From Vicugna vicugna (taxonomy: Eukaryota), in contig MU058221.1 in NCBI GenBank assembly GCA_013265495.1, positions 2,914,001-2,978,000 of the forward strand: 64,000 nucleotides of DNA, written 5' to 3'. This document shows positions 10,396 to 24,307 of this stretch, piece by piece. The notes beneath the pieces were generated by a model, which worked only from the letters and a program-made list of their open reading frames with translations, had not been told where the DNA came from and did not search any database. The number at the start of each line of letters is the position of its first letter. Positions within the stretch are counted from its first letter, which is position 1. The translations under genes were made by a program, and so were the position numbers.

Positions 10396-11407
10396 ATCCT
10401 TTTGCACAATTTTCATACCTTGAAACAGGAACTTCCCTGTTGCCATTTCTCCTGAGTGGGGGATGATATTTTCTGTCTCCTTGGGTTTCCCAGCCTCACC
10501 CGTCTTTCAGTGTCTTTCATTGTGTTTTGCAGAACCTAAAATGTTAATAATGATTATATGTAAAGTGCCTTTAGGGTCAAAATAAAGTTTATCACTTCAA
10601 TATTCCTACACGTAACAAATTTCCTCGGCAGAATTTATCACAGCTTTTAATACACTATTTTGAATAGTGATAAAATTCAAAACTTAAACGACCAAGGGAT
10701 CCTTTTTCACAAAGTGTCTTGAAGGATAAGCATGGTACGGAAAAGCTTTGGGAGACATATTCTTAAACACAATCTAATATTACCAGTTTATGGACTAGGT
10801 TACCTTGAAAAGTAGCAAGGTTTCGAAATAGTCCTTAAACACATAGAGTGCCACTTCAGTTTTCAAACCTTTGAGAAGTAGGACTATTTACCACTGAGTG
10901 AATTTTTGTAGTAAATTTTTACTTTTAAATTAAATAACTCATTTATATGCATTGCTTCTCAAATAGTAAGACTTCAAGAGATGTTAGTTTCCTTTAGTTC
11001 GTAACTTCCCTTGAACCATGCAAAACCCTCTGTGAAGTAAATGATATCTGTATTTTAAATATGAATGGATTCAGGCTACAAGAAGTTAAATAACTTTTCA
11101 AGGTGTTAGAAATATTAAGTGACAGTGTTGGTATTTGACTGAATATTACCTACTTTTAAAATAAATGCATGAATAACCTGCCTCCCACAATGCCAGACTG
11201 AGGAGGACTGGAAAAGGGCAAAGGGAAAACGGTGAGGTAGGTTTGGGAAAACAGGCATTGAGAATGTCATTATTTTATATCTTAGTATGTTAGAGGTAAA
11301 AATGTGATGGCGATCAGATCTCTCAACTAGTATTTTTAGTTACGCATGAGGTAGACAATTCTGGGAAAGAGGAGTATATATCTTGATGGTAAGAATGCAT
11401 CATGATA

Positions 11408-11655
11408 AGGAGGGTAGCGTGGGAAGGGATAAACTGGGAGTTTGAGATTTGCAGATACTGACTGGTATGTATAAAGTAGGTAAACAAGTTTATACTGTAT
11501 AGCACAGGGGAAATGATATTCAATATCTTGCAGTAGCTTATGGTGAAAAGAATATGAAAATGAATATATGTATGTCCATGGTTGATTGAAGCATTGTGCT
11601 GTGCACCAGAATTTGACACAACGTTGTAAGCTGACTACACCTCAATTTAAAAGAA
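11408..11655 (+). mobile_element. L1 3' tail (5'-truncated)
   Basis: gggaagggataaactgggagtttgagatttgcagatact...A-tail; TSD approximately aagaatgcatcatgata / aaaatacatcatgata. Confidence 0.9.
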
Positions 11656-12599
11656 AATACATCATGATACATTATAGCTAATACTTTAAAGGTACTTATT
11701 TTATGTATAAGACTCTGTTCTAAACGATTTACACATACACATTAATTCAGTTAATTTAAAAGTCATTCAGATGATGTTAGTAATAATTACAACCTGCAGG
11801 AACCGCTATCAATTATTGGATATTTATTTTGTGGTAAGCCAGGCTTTGTAGGGGCACTGCCTGTTTTAATCCTAACAGTGAATGAATAGAAACTGATTTT
11901 TTGTTTCATGATGAAAATGAGGCATAGGCAGTTAAGTGGGGGTCTCAGCGTAACCTGATTAGTGATCCTGACCCAGACGGTATAAAACAAAGCTAGGGTT
12001 TTTAATCACCATGCTAGACTTGAGTTAAACCTTGAGAACTGTGTTAATGGGGAACAGAATCTGTGAAACACCACTTAAATTCTATGCCTTTTTCTGTTTC
12101 CTCATTTGAAGTTCCATAAAAGATTGATGACCAGCACCTAAGCAATTATACTGTTTTGTATGATTGTTACGGTGAGGTAATAAATGTTATGGGACCCAGA
12201 CAGGATTAATCATATGAAAATAGTAAAATCACATCCCAAAAGCAGGTTTCTGCAATTTTTTACTCTGGCAAAATTGCATCTAAAATCCTCAAAGATAATA
12301 AATGTAATTAATTTCTAACATTGGTAAGCATGGGATTCAGTTGAGAATGGCAAGTTGGGAGGAGAAAAATAAGTGTGTAGTCACAGGAATGACAGCACAG
12401 TGCTCTTTGCATTTGAAGTGTCCTGTTCCCTCATCAACACCCTCTACCACCTCCAACTGGCTTAGGGAAGAGGATAATGCTTTTGCTAAGAATCTCAGTA
12501 ATCCTCAAGAAGTGATCAGGTCAGAGCTTCAGCTATATCTTTGTGTAGCTAAGAGCAGATATTAAGAGACTCCATAAATGCACAAACACAAGACAAGGT

Positions 12600-13031
12600 T
12601 GCTCTTCAAAAATAGATCTCAGGGAAGTTAGTGTTAGATTTTGTTCTTGTTCCCAGTTCCCACTGCCCTCCCTGGGAGAAGATTATACGCATCCGCCAGG
12701 GGCTGTGTGACTTGCAGTGCTTTTCTGTGGCATGAGTGTATGTGTATGTCCCCATCCCACTGATGCTGAGCATGGTGGTCTGACATGCTTTGATCAACAA
12801 AATATGAATGTATATGATAAGTGAAAACTCTGTGGTTCAACAATTCACCCATGGGAATGCATTTCACTGGTAGGACCCACTCCTCCTGCCTGAATCTCAA
12901 AATAAAGATAGCACATGAAACACAATGGCATGGAATTGACATATAATGTGAATAAGAAACAAACCTCTTGTTGAAAGTCATCGTGATTATGTTGTTACTG
13001 CAGCAAAACCTGACAAAAGCTGACTGATACG
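12600..13031 (+). mobile_element. Old MaLR LTR (MLT1I/J-like)
   Basis: 3' end aaacctcttgttg...gttgttactgcagcaaaacct...gctgactgatac. Confidence 0.5.
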
Positions 13032-14453
13032 AAATTACCTTATATAAAAATCCATACTGATTTTCTTATTTAGAGTGATATTTTAATTACTTAATTTGAA
13101 AGAACAGTTACCATTTGGTTAAAAAAAATTTTTAAATCAAACAAGGCTAATTTTGGATGCTTCTAGGATTCTCTTCAGGGAATTGATTAAAAGGTTAACA
13201 CAAATTTAGTAATTGTTTCTAGGGATATCAGCTCACAATTGCAAATGTTGGATATCATTGTAAGTTGATGTTTTGAAAGATTTTAAAGACCACTATAAAC
13301 AGCAGTATATTAGTGATGGCTTTGAAAAAAGTAAGAAGTTATTCCCACAAAATTAATGAGATAAATAGCAGTAACTGTGTATCATGAAGCAGTTACTTCT
13401 CACTTAGAACATTTTTTAGTGAAAAAAATTCCAGTTCAGATTACAAAAAAAAAAGAATCTCAAACAACTTAGAAAGCAGGGAATATATTATATTCTAGGT
13501 ATCTGTTAAAATGATTCAAAAATTAACTCTAAAAACTATACTAATATTGAAAATGCATGTGAAAAATTAGAATATTTTCATGAAATGTGAATAAAACAAT
13601 TTCTAAATGAGTACATTAGTGTTCGTATTATGTGAGTTTAAATATGTATACATAACTATATTAACAAATTAAATATTGTAAACAGACTGGCATATTTTCA
13701 TCCATGTCTGTAAAATTTTTCTGTAAGAGACATGGGTGATGAAGTTTTACTTGGGAAATAAAAATAAGCTAGTACTGCGAGATATATGATACCCAAGAGA
13801 AACAATATACGGCTTGGTTAAGGGACTCTTTCATTCTTAGCAGCACGGAATCTTTGATAATGCTAGTGTTGCTATTTCATAATGCAATACTTGGCTCTTT
13901 TAAAGGCCTCTTTTAGATGAGAAATGAGTATATCTTATTTTCTATAACACACCTTCCCTCTTTCTGAGACTGGGCCATTTTCATCCTTTATGTTTATTTT
14001 CTGACTCCTTAATGTGCTCAACTTATCGACTATAGCTTTGATTGTACTAGTTTTAAAACCTAAAGTTTCCTCTTGCGTGGTGGGAGATGCATGCGTATGT
14101 GTGTGTGTACGTAGAGGGGCTGGCTGGGCCTGAGTGAGTCTGGACTAAGATTTTATTTCTTGACAAATCAGCAATTTATGCTGATGCAGACATTTGTAAA
14201 TGACCTTCTTCTATAGGACTTGGAGTACCAGCACCCACCTTGGATTGTCTAGGTTGACTGAGGTTAAAGGAAGTATATTTTTAGGGAAATATGATTGATC
14301 ACAGAACAAAATCAACACTTTGAGGTAAAATATGGAATTTTCTGAAAAATGGTTAAAGATTTAAAATGTTCAGACATAAGGACAGAGTGGAACACTTAAA
14401 AACCAGGTTGAGCCCATTTTGATATACTTTATGAATGGTTTACCTTATTGGGC

Positions 14454-14905
14454 TGTAGCAGATTAAATATGGCCACAAATGCTTTCATTCTTTTCCCAGT
14501 GAGTATGAAATCTGTAGTCCCTGCTGTGAGTCTGGTGTAGCCTGTGATTGCTCTGACCTGTGGAATACGGCAGACATGGTTCTGCAAAGAGTGCTCAATC
14601 TAGGACTTAAGAGACTGGCAGCTTCCACTTTGTCTCTTGGCAGCTTGACATGGAGGCAGCCAACTGCCTTGTAAAACTCTTGAGATTGCTGTGCTGTGAA
14701 GAAGCTCAAGCTCTGCATGTACAGAAACGCCAGACTAGATTCCAGCTCTTCTAGCCATCCTAGTCCAGGTGCCAAACATATGACTGAAGAACATATGTTC
14801 ATGTGACTCCCGTCTCAGCTGCCATCTGACTACAAACATATGAGGAACCCCAAGCAAGGATCCCCCTGCTGAGTCCATGAACTCTAGACGTTGGAGACAT
14901 AATAA
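14454..14905 (+). mobile_element. MaLR LTR (MLT1G/H-like)
   Basis: tgtagcagattaaatatggccacaaat...taagagactggcagcttccacttt...gccatctgactacaa. Confidence 0.7.
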
Positions 14906-15032
14906 CCAACTCAATGAGAAACGTAAGTAATCACCATGTTGCTTAATCTAGGAACCTGGGAATCATACTTGACTCTTCCCTGACTCAGACTGCCCACAAT
15001 GTATTCAAATCTCAATGCCTGTGCATAACAGG

Positions 15033-15177
15033 ATATATATTTATATTTATACTTCTATATATGTTATGTGCATATATATACATACATGTATGTGTATGTG
15101 TGTGTGTGTATATGTATATGCATTATATATATATACATATATACATATGTGTGTGTGTATATATATATACATATATA
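15033..15177. repeat. Compound (TA)/(TG)/(CATA) microsatellite
   Basis: Directly visible. Confidence 0.9.
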
Positions 15178-16029
15178 GAATAGATGGAACTTTGAAGTAT
15201 GTCTCTAGGAAGCAGATGATATAGTTTCACACATTTGAAAATCATTTATGTTGCTGAGATGAAACCAGAATCTATATTTCCTGTAGATGTATCCTACAAA
15301 TGTTTTTTTTTATGTTTAAAGCATATTCTGAAGCCCAGAATATCACCATTCAAAACCCAAACCATTTTTCAAGAAATACATATGAAACCAGATACATTCA
15401 AAGATAACAAGAGGTTTGGGGTGGCTTGTTATGGATAATTAGACAAACTAAACAGGACGCTTTTACCTGGGGCTGTAGTAGGAATCATAATTAGCATAGA
15501 AGATTAAGCATATCTTCTCTTACGTTGTCTTTTCATTCTGTTTTACCTAAAACCTTCCTAACTACACAAATAAAATTTTGTGTGGTAGTGTTGTCAGAAG
15601 AAGTTGTTAGAAGACACACATTCAGCTACCTGTACGCTTCCCACTCTGGCGCCATATGCATTTCTCGAAAAATGGTTTGGATTCAAGGCTCCAGTCTGTG
15701 ACCAGGGCGCACAACCTGAATTTGTGGGCCTTATTAACATTGCACTTAAATGAGAGCTGTAAAATTGTAGTTATCCTGCGTTACAGAAACATATGTCATA
15801 ATGGAACTCCAAGCTCCAGCCTAGCCCTTAAACACATAGACGTTTGCAGGATGCATCCTGATGTGACTAATTATGTGGCTTCACTTAAGCAACATGAAAG
15901 ACCTCTGAACTGGTCAAACTGTATCTCATCTAGTCTTGAGATACAGGTCAGAGTTCCATTTATTCACCATATATACGTCCACAGGCACACACACAATACG
16001 TTGGGGCACTAAGAGCTGAAGAAGCGCGT

Positions 16030-16620
16030 GGTGGGCAGGGAGGGTGAGGGAAAGATGAAGTATGATTTCCAAAGCCCTGGCTTAAGCAACAGGAGAATTG
16101 TTTGCACCGTTGACCAAATCACAAAACACCAGAGATTAGTACATCTGGTGAGTAGAGAGATAATAAATTCAGTTCTGACGTATTGAACTTCCGATGCCTG
16201 CGTCTAAGACGGGATGTCATGTAAATAGCCGGCATTATCCGTGTCTGGAACGTGTAGGTTTGGAAGCTTTCAGTCGTCAGCCGCCTGATGGTAACTGAGG
16301 TCATAAGAGAGATGAGATGAGTGGGATGTTACAGAATTCCTAAGATAGAGTCTCAAGGAGCCTGAGTGGCAGTGGGAAACCGGCCAACTAAATTAAATAT
16401 GCATGGTTACAGAGATAGGGAGAAAATCCGGAGTGCTGCCTGTCAGAATTAGCGGGAGAAGAGGTCCTCTAGGAGGATGACATGGTTGATAACGTCAAAT
16501 ATTGTCACGTCAAGCAAATACATAAATGAAGAGTACCTGTTGGATTTAACTACGTAAAGCTCATAATGACTGTGATGGCAACAGTTTTTGCAGAAAAATG
16601 ACACAAATCCAGGTAAGAGT
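16030..16620 (-). mobile_element. L2 LINE remnant
   Basis: ttcagttctgacgtattgaac...gatgtcatgtaaatag...gtcgtcagc...gatggta...; tggatttaac motifs of antisense L2. Confidence 0.55.
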
Positions 16621-18709
16621 TGAAGAGTTTATAGACTATAATGAATTTCAAGCAGAGACTATAAATGATTCTCTATGAAATGCAGACTGTGAAAAGAAAT
16701 CAAGATAGGGGAGGTATCTGGTGGGGGTATCTTACGTTATTTTGTGTTGGTTGGCATGTTAATTTCGAACCCTTTCTTGGTCTTATAACTTGCTGGCTTT
16801 ATGTAAGGTGCGAAACACCCAGCCGTGTATTGTGGGCACAAAAGAATAACACAAATAATCTTTTAAAAACTGTATGTTTGTTCCAATGAGAACGAAAATA
16901 TTCTTAAGAATTGGAACTTAAGTTCACTCTCTTGAGGATTTCCTAGGTCATTACTCACATGCTGCTTGTCATAATCTGTCCACTCCTCTTACCTCCCTGG
17001 AGCTACAGCCAGACCTACTCCATCAGTCTTGCAATCTGACGTTTTCCACTGGAGATAACTGTGCCCCTAACCTTGACAATGGTGATCAGGCAGCTTATTC
17101 ATATGACAGCCTTTCTCATTCTCCTCCCCCGTTTTCCATGGCTTCTGCACGCCAGTAGTCTAGCAAAAGAAGGAATCTAATACAGGTTATGTGTGTATGT
17201 ATTTTGACATTTTTACACTGTCATTTTCTCTCTTCAAAAATGGCAGTTCAGAATTTTGCCGTTAATTAGTATGAATTTTATTAATTTGTGGTTTCCAGAA
17301 ATCAGGATATAAATTTTTCATGGTCAAAACTTTTTTTTTTTTTTACCTCTCTCAATATTCAGGATTTGTTTGAGAGTATCAGTAGTGACTTTAGGTTTGG
17401 CAATTACTTCAGTAATCAAACATAACTTTTCTGGATTTGAAAATGTAAATGAAATGAACATGAGTGGACACCTCCTCTGTGCTGTATCCCGTACTGTGGT
17501 CCTTGAGTCTTTAATGACCACTAGTGGCGATGTTTATTTTAAACTTACTCTTTCTGCTGTAGGTGTAAAATAAAAGCCGTATGACTTAATTCTTCTTAGT
17601 GTTAGTAATGTCATAAAAAAGCAGAAAGGAACTCAATTTACGAAAGCTTGTATTTTAATGGCATCGTTACAAAAGATATTCAGCACACTGCTTCCCACTT
17701 TAGAGCTTTTACAATCGTGGTGTTTCACACTCCTACAATAAATTATGTTGATTATGTGTCTCCCTTCTTTTGCAGATCTATTGGTCACAAATTTTATTTC
17801 TTGGCTGCAATCATTTGATATAAAATTATTTTGTAGATGTTTATGGCATGCTTATCAAATTAGCATTTAAATATTTGTTATAGTTTTATGATGCAAAATT
17901 GGACCTATGATGATTTATTATACTATAACCCTACAAGAAAGTTTCAATTCTTTCTGGTTGTGTGATGGATAGTTCCCTGGAGTATATGCTGGAAAAATAA
18001 TAATATTCATCAAACTTGTATAGAGAAGGGAACTTTTAGAAAATCCTCATAGTCACCAGTGCTGACTCAAATTATTCATAATAATTTCTCTTAAGTATGT
18101 ATTTCCATAAAAATCTTACATATGACTCCCTTTGACCGCAAACTCAAAGCAAAGGATAGAATTCTAAATAAATTACAATCCCATTCAAATTTAAACAAAT
18201 ATATTAATGTGACGTCTGAGATTATTCTTCTGAAACTGAATTGGTGATTTTTAATTTACTAATAGAAATGTATTTGCATATTCTATATTTTGCTTGAGAC
18301 TTACTTGGCTATTTCGATCTAGAACATCATGGACCAGCAACTAAATCATTTTCATTATTGTTATTGCTTCTTTAAAGGTTATCAACTGTTTTATTTTTAA
18401 TCAAAAATTCATCACATTGATTGTCAATTTACTGTTGTATCAAAATATGGCATGGTCATAAACACTATTTTAATAGAAAATTACATATTGTCTAATTACC
18501 TCTAAACTCTTTGCAGAATAAATTATTTTATTGGAAAAAGTCTGCTTTATCATTTTGGTTAAGATTTGTTATTGCTTTTCATTGGGCAGAGTTATTACAG
18601 TTAGTTACTTTTTTTATGTTTTATATGCTTCAAGTTTTTCTTAGGAATGACTGTCAAAATTATCAAACGCCCTTTTAACATCTAACAGTGGTGTTTGTGT
18701 GTGTGTGTG

Positions 18710-19930
18710 TGAATGTGTTTCTAAGTAACTGTATCACATGTTTAAATTCAGATCCATGCTGTCACCACCACAATCAAGGGATACGAGTGTTCCGTCGCCC
18801 CAAAGGTCCCCTTTCTGCTTGTTACTCCTCTATAGTTGCACCCATCCTTACTCCTGTGAGCCTGGAAAACACGAATCTGCTTTCCATCTCTACAATTTTG
18901 CTATTTAAAAACATTATGTACAGGCAGGTCTCATTTGACTGTGCTTTGTTTTGTTACACTTTGCAGACATTGTATTTTCCTGCAAACTGAAGGTTTTTGT
19001 CAACCCTGCATTGAGCCAATGTTATTGATGCCAGTTTTTTCAATAGCATTTGCTCACTTCATGTCTCTGTGTCACATTTTGATAATTCTAGCACTATTAC
19101 AAGTTTTTTCATTATTATGATATTTGTTATGGCGATTTGTAATCAGTAATCTTTGAAGTTACTACTTCAGAAATACTATGACTTGCTGAAGGTTCAGATG
19201 ATGGTTAGCCATTTTTAGCCACAAAGTATTTTTTTAATGCTTTAATGGCATAATGCTATTGCACACTTAGTAGACTACAGAATAGTGTAAACACAACTTT
19301 TATATGCACTGGGAAACCACACAATCTGTGTGACTCACTTTATTTCAATATTTGCTTTATTCTGGTGTTCTGGAACCAAACCTGCAATATCTCCACAGTA
19401 TGCCTATAAATGCAATTATATAGTATACAATTTTTTGAGATTTTTTTTCCACTCAGCATAACACTCCTGAGCTCCATCCAGGCAGTTAAAGTGTATCAGT
19501 ACGTTAGTTACTCGGGTTCATTGTACAGATATGCCCCAGTTTGTTCAACCATTCCCCTACAACTAAGGGCACTTGAACAGTTTCCACATTTTAACAATTT
19601 TATAAATAAAGTTTTACAAATAAACTGCATTGTTTACAGGTTTTTGTCAAATTTTCATTAACCTGCAATAAACGGTCGAGGAATATGATCACTGAGTTAC
19701 GTGGTAAATGTATGTTTTCTTTTATAAGAAATTTCCAAACAATTTTCTGAAGCAGCTATATCATTTTACATCAACAAGTCAGTCTCTTAACATCCTCACT
19801 GGCATTTGGTATTGTCACTATTTCCTATTTTATCTGTTTTAATAGGTGTGTAGTGATACATCATCACAGTTTCAAATTTATATTCCCTGAATGGCAAAAG
19901 ATGTTAAATGCTGTATACTGTTATAACTTG
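18710..19930 (-). mobile_element. Old L1M (L1MB/ME-like) 3' end, split by a Tigger1 derivative
   Basis: caccaccacaatcaag...aatctgctttccatctctacaattttg and ttccactcagcataacactcctgag...ctggcatttggtattgtca flank the Tigger element. Confidence 0.7.
18921..19406 (+). mobile_element. Tigger1 internal-deletion derivative (Tigger1a-like, TcMar DNA transposon)
   Basis: TA|caggca...tatgcct(a)|TA termini; the Tigger1 left end (gctcacttcatgtctctgtgtcacattttg) is fused to the right end (ctgaaggttcagatgatggttagc...gactcactttatt). Confidence 0.9.
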
Positions 19931-19962
19931 TGTATATTGTGACTTATAACACTTGTTGATAT

Positions 19963-20460
19963 TGTTGAACACATCAAAATGTGACAAGAAAACTCGATAA
20001 AGCAAAACCATTTATTTAAGCTCACTGCAGTCAGGGAGAAGACCACTTAGTAAAGATGTAGCAGAGTTTCAGAAGAAAGACATCGGAAGTGGGTTAAGTA
20101 TAGGACTTTGGTGTGTGGGCTCCAGTGGTTTAAGGTAGATCTTTCAAGGTGGAGGGCGGATTGGAATCAGGCACAACACAAGATACAATAGCTTTGGATT
20201 GGTAGAGATAGGAAAGTAAGTGCCTTGAGGCAAGTCTGGTAAATAAAATGTTGTTTAACAAGTAAACTGCCCAGGTCAGCAGACCCTGTCTTTGATAAAT
20301 AGTTCTGAGAGAATTTTCTAGGGAAACAGTGAAATAATTTATTGGTTTACAGTCTTATCTTTCCTGGGCCAAATTTTTCTGGACGAAATGGGTGAGTTAT
20401 GGTGGCATAGGTAGGCTGGTCTTACCTAAGTCACGGTGACACAGATGATCTCAGTGCTCA
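19963..20460 (-). mobile_element. Solo LTR, MER76-like (ERVL)
   Basis: TG...CA termini; the reverse strand starts tgagcactgagatcatctgtgtcac; minus-strand AATAAA near 20012. Confidence 0.45.
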
Positions 20461-21139
20461 ATAATGAATTATATTATAAATCTCCTGACATTTTAACTGT
20501 TATTTGAATCTGTGGAATAAACTACTTGTCCACAAACATTTTACTCTTTATGAATTATTAGATTGTAGTTTTGAAAATGTAATTGGACTTATTGCTTATA
20601 TATTCATAAAAGCAACGGATCTCATAAATGCAACTGGTTTGATAGTTTTCTTTATTTGTACTGTTGTTTTGTCAGGTTTCAGTATTAAACTGGCTTCAAA
20701 AGATGAGCTAAGTTCTTAAACTTCTGAACATTCTGGTAGATTTTAAATACCTTTGCAATTGTCCAGTCTTTAGAGGTTAGATGAACTTCATCTATAAACC
20801 CGTCTGGTCATTGTGCCTTTTTCCAGAGGAGATCTTCATTTGCCTTTCGGTTTTCTTCAATGGCAGTGATCTGGTCGATTGTCCTACGTCTTCTAGGACA
20901 CATTTCTTGTTCTTGTTTCTTTCTCCTTTGTTTATACGTGTCCTTGACTCCTTCATGGTATGTGTCCTCACACTTGCTCCCTTTTCTCCCATCATAACCT
21001 GATTTTAGGACGGGCACAATTACCATCCTGATGAGAATACACAAAGTCAGGCAGTGCACGGTTGATTTCTTGTGTCTACAAACTGTTGGCTGCATAAAAA
21101 GTGGATGATATGATTAAATTCTCTAAACCTGTATTTTTG

Positions 21140-21538
21140 TCATTAGTAAATGTAATCCATGCACCCAGACCATGCTTTCAGCACTGAAGGACCCCTCCCC
21201 TCATTTGACAGTGGTGCATAGCTGAGTCCCTTTGCAGGAGTCACCCTCAGTCATAGGAACTCCCTGGCCCTGGGAGTGGTCAGTATGCAGATACAAAGTC
21301 CGGTCCCTCTGATGTAATCCAGGATGAATTTGAAGAGTAACCTCAGCTCTGGAGCACCCACACCATCCTGCTGGGATCAGTTGAAGCTTCTGCTGTAAAT
21401 GTCTTAAAATTCAACTTTTCTCTTGACCACTCCAGCTCCTCTCACCTGCTCACAGGAATCGTTCCTAGGAACATGCACCAGTGAACTCTTGTGGCAAATC
21501 TCATCAGAACGTGTCCTGGCTTACCCCTACCTAAACCA
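21140..21538 (+). mobile_element. LTR16-like ERVL LTR nested in a MIR
   Basis: tttcagcactgaagg...ctcagctctggagc...gcaaatctcatcaga...cctaa; MIR halves at about 21110-21150 and 21545-21600. Confidence 0.55.
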
Positions 21539-23334
21539 GTAAAGTTTAGTGATAATAGGAATAATGCCTGTCTCTTAGAGTTGTTGTGAGCATTTGTAGC
21601 ATTAACATTTAAGAAATGTCATTATTTTATAATGAGATGTTTAAAAAGGACCTTCTCCTTACTCCGGTTTTTGGCTAAAAGACACAAAGCTCAGGATCAG
21701 CTTGGTGAGCCGGGACATTTTGGCATATTTTAAAGATAAGTGCTGGACACACCATGTAGAACTTACAAGATACCGGAACTGGTTCTGCCTTCCTCTGTCA
21801 CAACCAGGAAACTCCAGCCTATGGAAAACGCCAGAGTTACAGACTGTTAGATTTTTTGAAATGAGTTTGTACAAATATAGATGTATTTGGCTTCCCTCCC
21901 TGTCCTCTACTCTGAGCACACACACGAGACTCGAGGGGACCGTGGTGAAAGAGATTTGGGGAACGCTTCCACAGGCCCCAAGAGTTTGAGGGTGGACTTG
22001 AACAAAGACACTGGGACCCACTTCGTCCCCAGAGACTGCTGAAGAAAGGAAGCAGGCTGGGACTGCCCGGGATGGCAGGCCACGGAAAGAGCACACAGTG
22101 ATGGGTAAGCATCACGGCTACCATTTGCCAGGCAAAGAGGCATTTGTTACCAATGGGGAGGTAATAACTCCTACAGAGCACTTGTGTGCCCGCCCAACGC
22201 AGTGGCTCGCCTGGATGAGTGGAGATTTATAGTAGGAGCCCGTGGGTGGTGGTACAAATATATTCAGGACGTAGAGATGAAGCTTGCAAGGGTTTGGCTA
22301 AAAATTTGCAATACTTCTTCAAGGAATTAACAATGTGGAAGATGGCGTCAGAAGAAATTTCCAAAGATAGTACAAACACACTCATGAAAGCCGTTAGCCT
22401 CATGAAAGATAGATGTTCGCCACGGAAGAAATTATCAACAGATGGATTATAATGACTCTATTTCCTCACATCCTTCTTCCTGGGATGTAATCCTGGAAGA
22501 CATGATAACAGAAGCATGAGAAGAGTGTACCCATATCTGCAAATCATTTGATGTTACTCCTATCAAAAGTGGCATCTAATTCACTGCAGATTTTTTTCCA
22601 TGTTGAGACGTCCCATCCTTTCCCTGCGGGGATTCTGGACAGATTCCTCCCTTTTTCCTAGGCCTGCAGAGTGCTGGGAACAACAGCCTCACAGACCTGA
22701 GGGTCCCGGGCCAGGCCTACATCTCTTGGGGCTCGACTCAGCCCGCCACCCGGGCAGCCCGGGGAGCGGGTTCCAAACAGGCCACATGAGTGGAAGGTGC
22801 TCGGCCACTTGTGTTTACTCTTAACTCCCCTTCATAATCATCCGCCTCACTTGCTGTATTTTCTACAATGTTGATTTCCCTTCTATTACTAATATTATTA
22901 CACTTTGGCTGTGGCATTTTTTTTCTTTCCTTAGTGTCTTTCCATAACTAGGCCATTTTTATTTATTATGGTAATGGCTTCTCTTATCTGCCACGTTTCC
23001 CTGCTTTACATTAGCTGCATTTTATTTTAATTTCTTTAAGATCACAAATAGAGTGATGCCTCAGGTAATGCTGATACGTGGGCTAAACCGTTTCCAAACA
23101 TAAGCAATTCCCATATCCCTTGCCTGCCTTGTTCAAATTTTCCTTTCATTTCATAGACTCCTCAGTTTCAATTTCTTTTTTTATCTGTAACAGAAAGAGG
23201 TCTGAGACCTTTCCTTTTGCCTTGAATTGTAGCTAAGGCTCAAAGCTGCAATAAAGAGAAAAGCAGTAGCACATTCCAAATGGGGATTCTAGACCCATCT
23301 CCGCAGGGCTGGCTCACCTGGCTTGGTGGGCACA

Positions 23335-23956
23335 CCCTGAGGGGGTCCCTGACATGTTACGCCCAAGCATATATCTCCCTGCTCTTCAGGCTGGTGGAGC
23401 CCACACTTGTTTCTCACCAGTACAACACGGCAAAGTGATGGGATGTCATCCCCTTGAGTAGATTATGTGAGATGTCAAAGGGACGGAATGCCCTTTACAT
23501 GTGTTATGTCAAAGTGTGTGCAGTGCCACTTCTAAGGCTGCATCCTAACCACCTGCAGAAAGACAGTGTTCTCCTAGTCTCACCAAGACAAACAACAAGA
23601 GAGCTGCTAGGAGGAGGGTTACGTGTCAGCGAGCTGCGGGTGGCCTCTAGCACCTGATGACAGCCTCCAGCCTGAGGCCAGTAAGAAGCTGGGGGGCTCA
23701 GTCACACAGCTGCAAGGAAATAAATTCTGCCAACGGTCCGCGTGGGCGTGGAAGCAGAGTCTTTTCCAATGGAAGCTCCAGATTACAACACAGCCTCGTC
23801 AGCCTCTTGACTGTAGTCATGTGAAACCCTGTGCCAAGGAGCTGTCAGCCATACCTGGGCACCTGACCCATAGGAAAGTGTGAGACAGCAAGCGTGTATT
23901 GTGTTAAGCCACCACATTCCTGGCAGCTCATTACACGGTAATAAAAAGTTGATACA
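23335..23956 (+). mobile_element. MaLR LTR (MLT1E-like)
   Basis: ggcaaagtgatgggatgtca...gtggcctctag...cagctgcaaggaaataaattctgccaac...ttaagccac...gataca. Confidence 0.8.
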
Positions 23957-24257
23957 GCTATTAAGTGTTCTTTGCCAGTTACTCAGTCATCCATCTCCAA
24001 CCATCCATATATAGATAAGGAGGAGGCCAGGAGCCAGAGGGAAGTATTGAGATACCGTGACATAACACTAGCTGTGGGCATAAGCTTTGGACTTTATCTT
24101 CCTCCTCTTTACAGTGAAGGAGAGAATTGTTCCAATGTCAACCTGTTCAAGTGAGGAGTGTGCCAGGGAACTGGGGGTTTCTGGAAGAATGGAATACTGG
24201 CATCTCTTGTCTGCAGGCCTGCTGAAGAAATGAACCTAATTAGCCCACCCTGTGGTG

Positions 24258-24307
24258 AAAACCAAAACCAAAACCAAAACCAAACCAAAAAAACAAACAA
24301 ACAAAAC
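24258..24307. repeat. (AAAACC)n/(AAAC)n simple repeat
   Basis: Directly visible. Confidence 0.85.
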
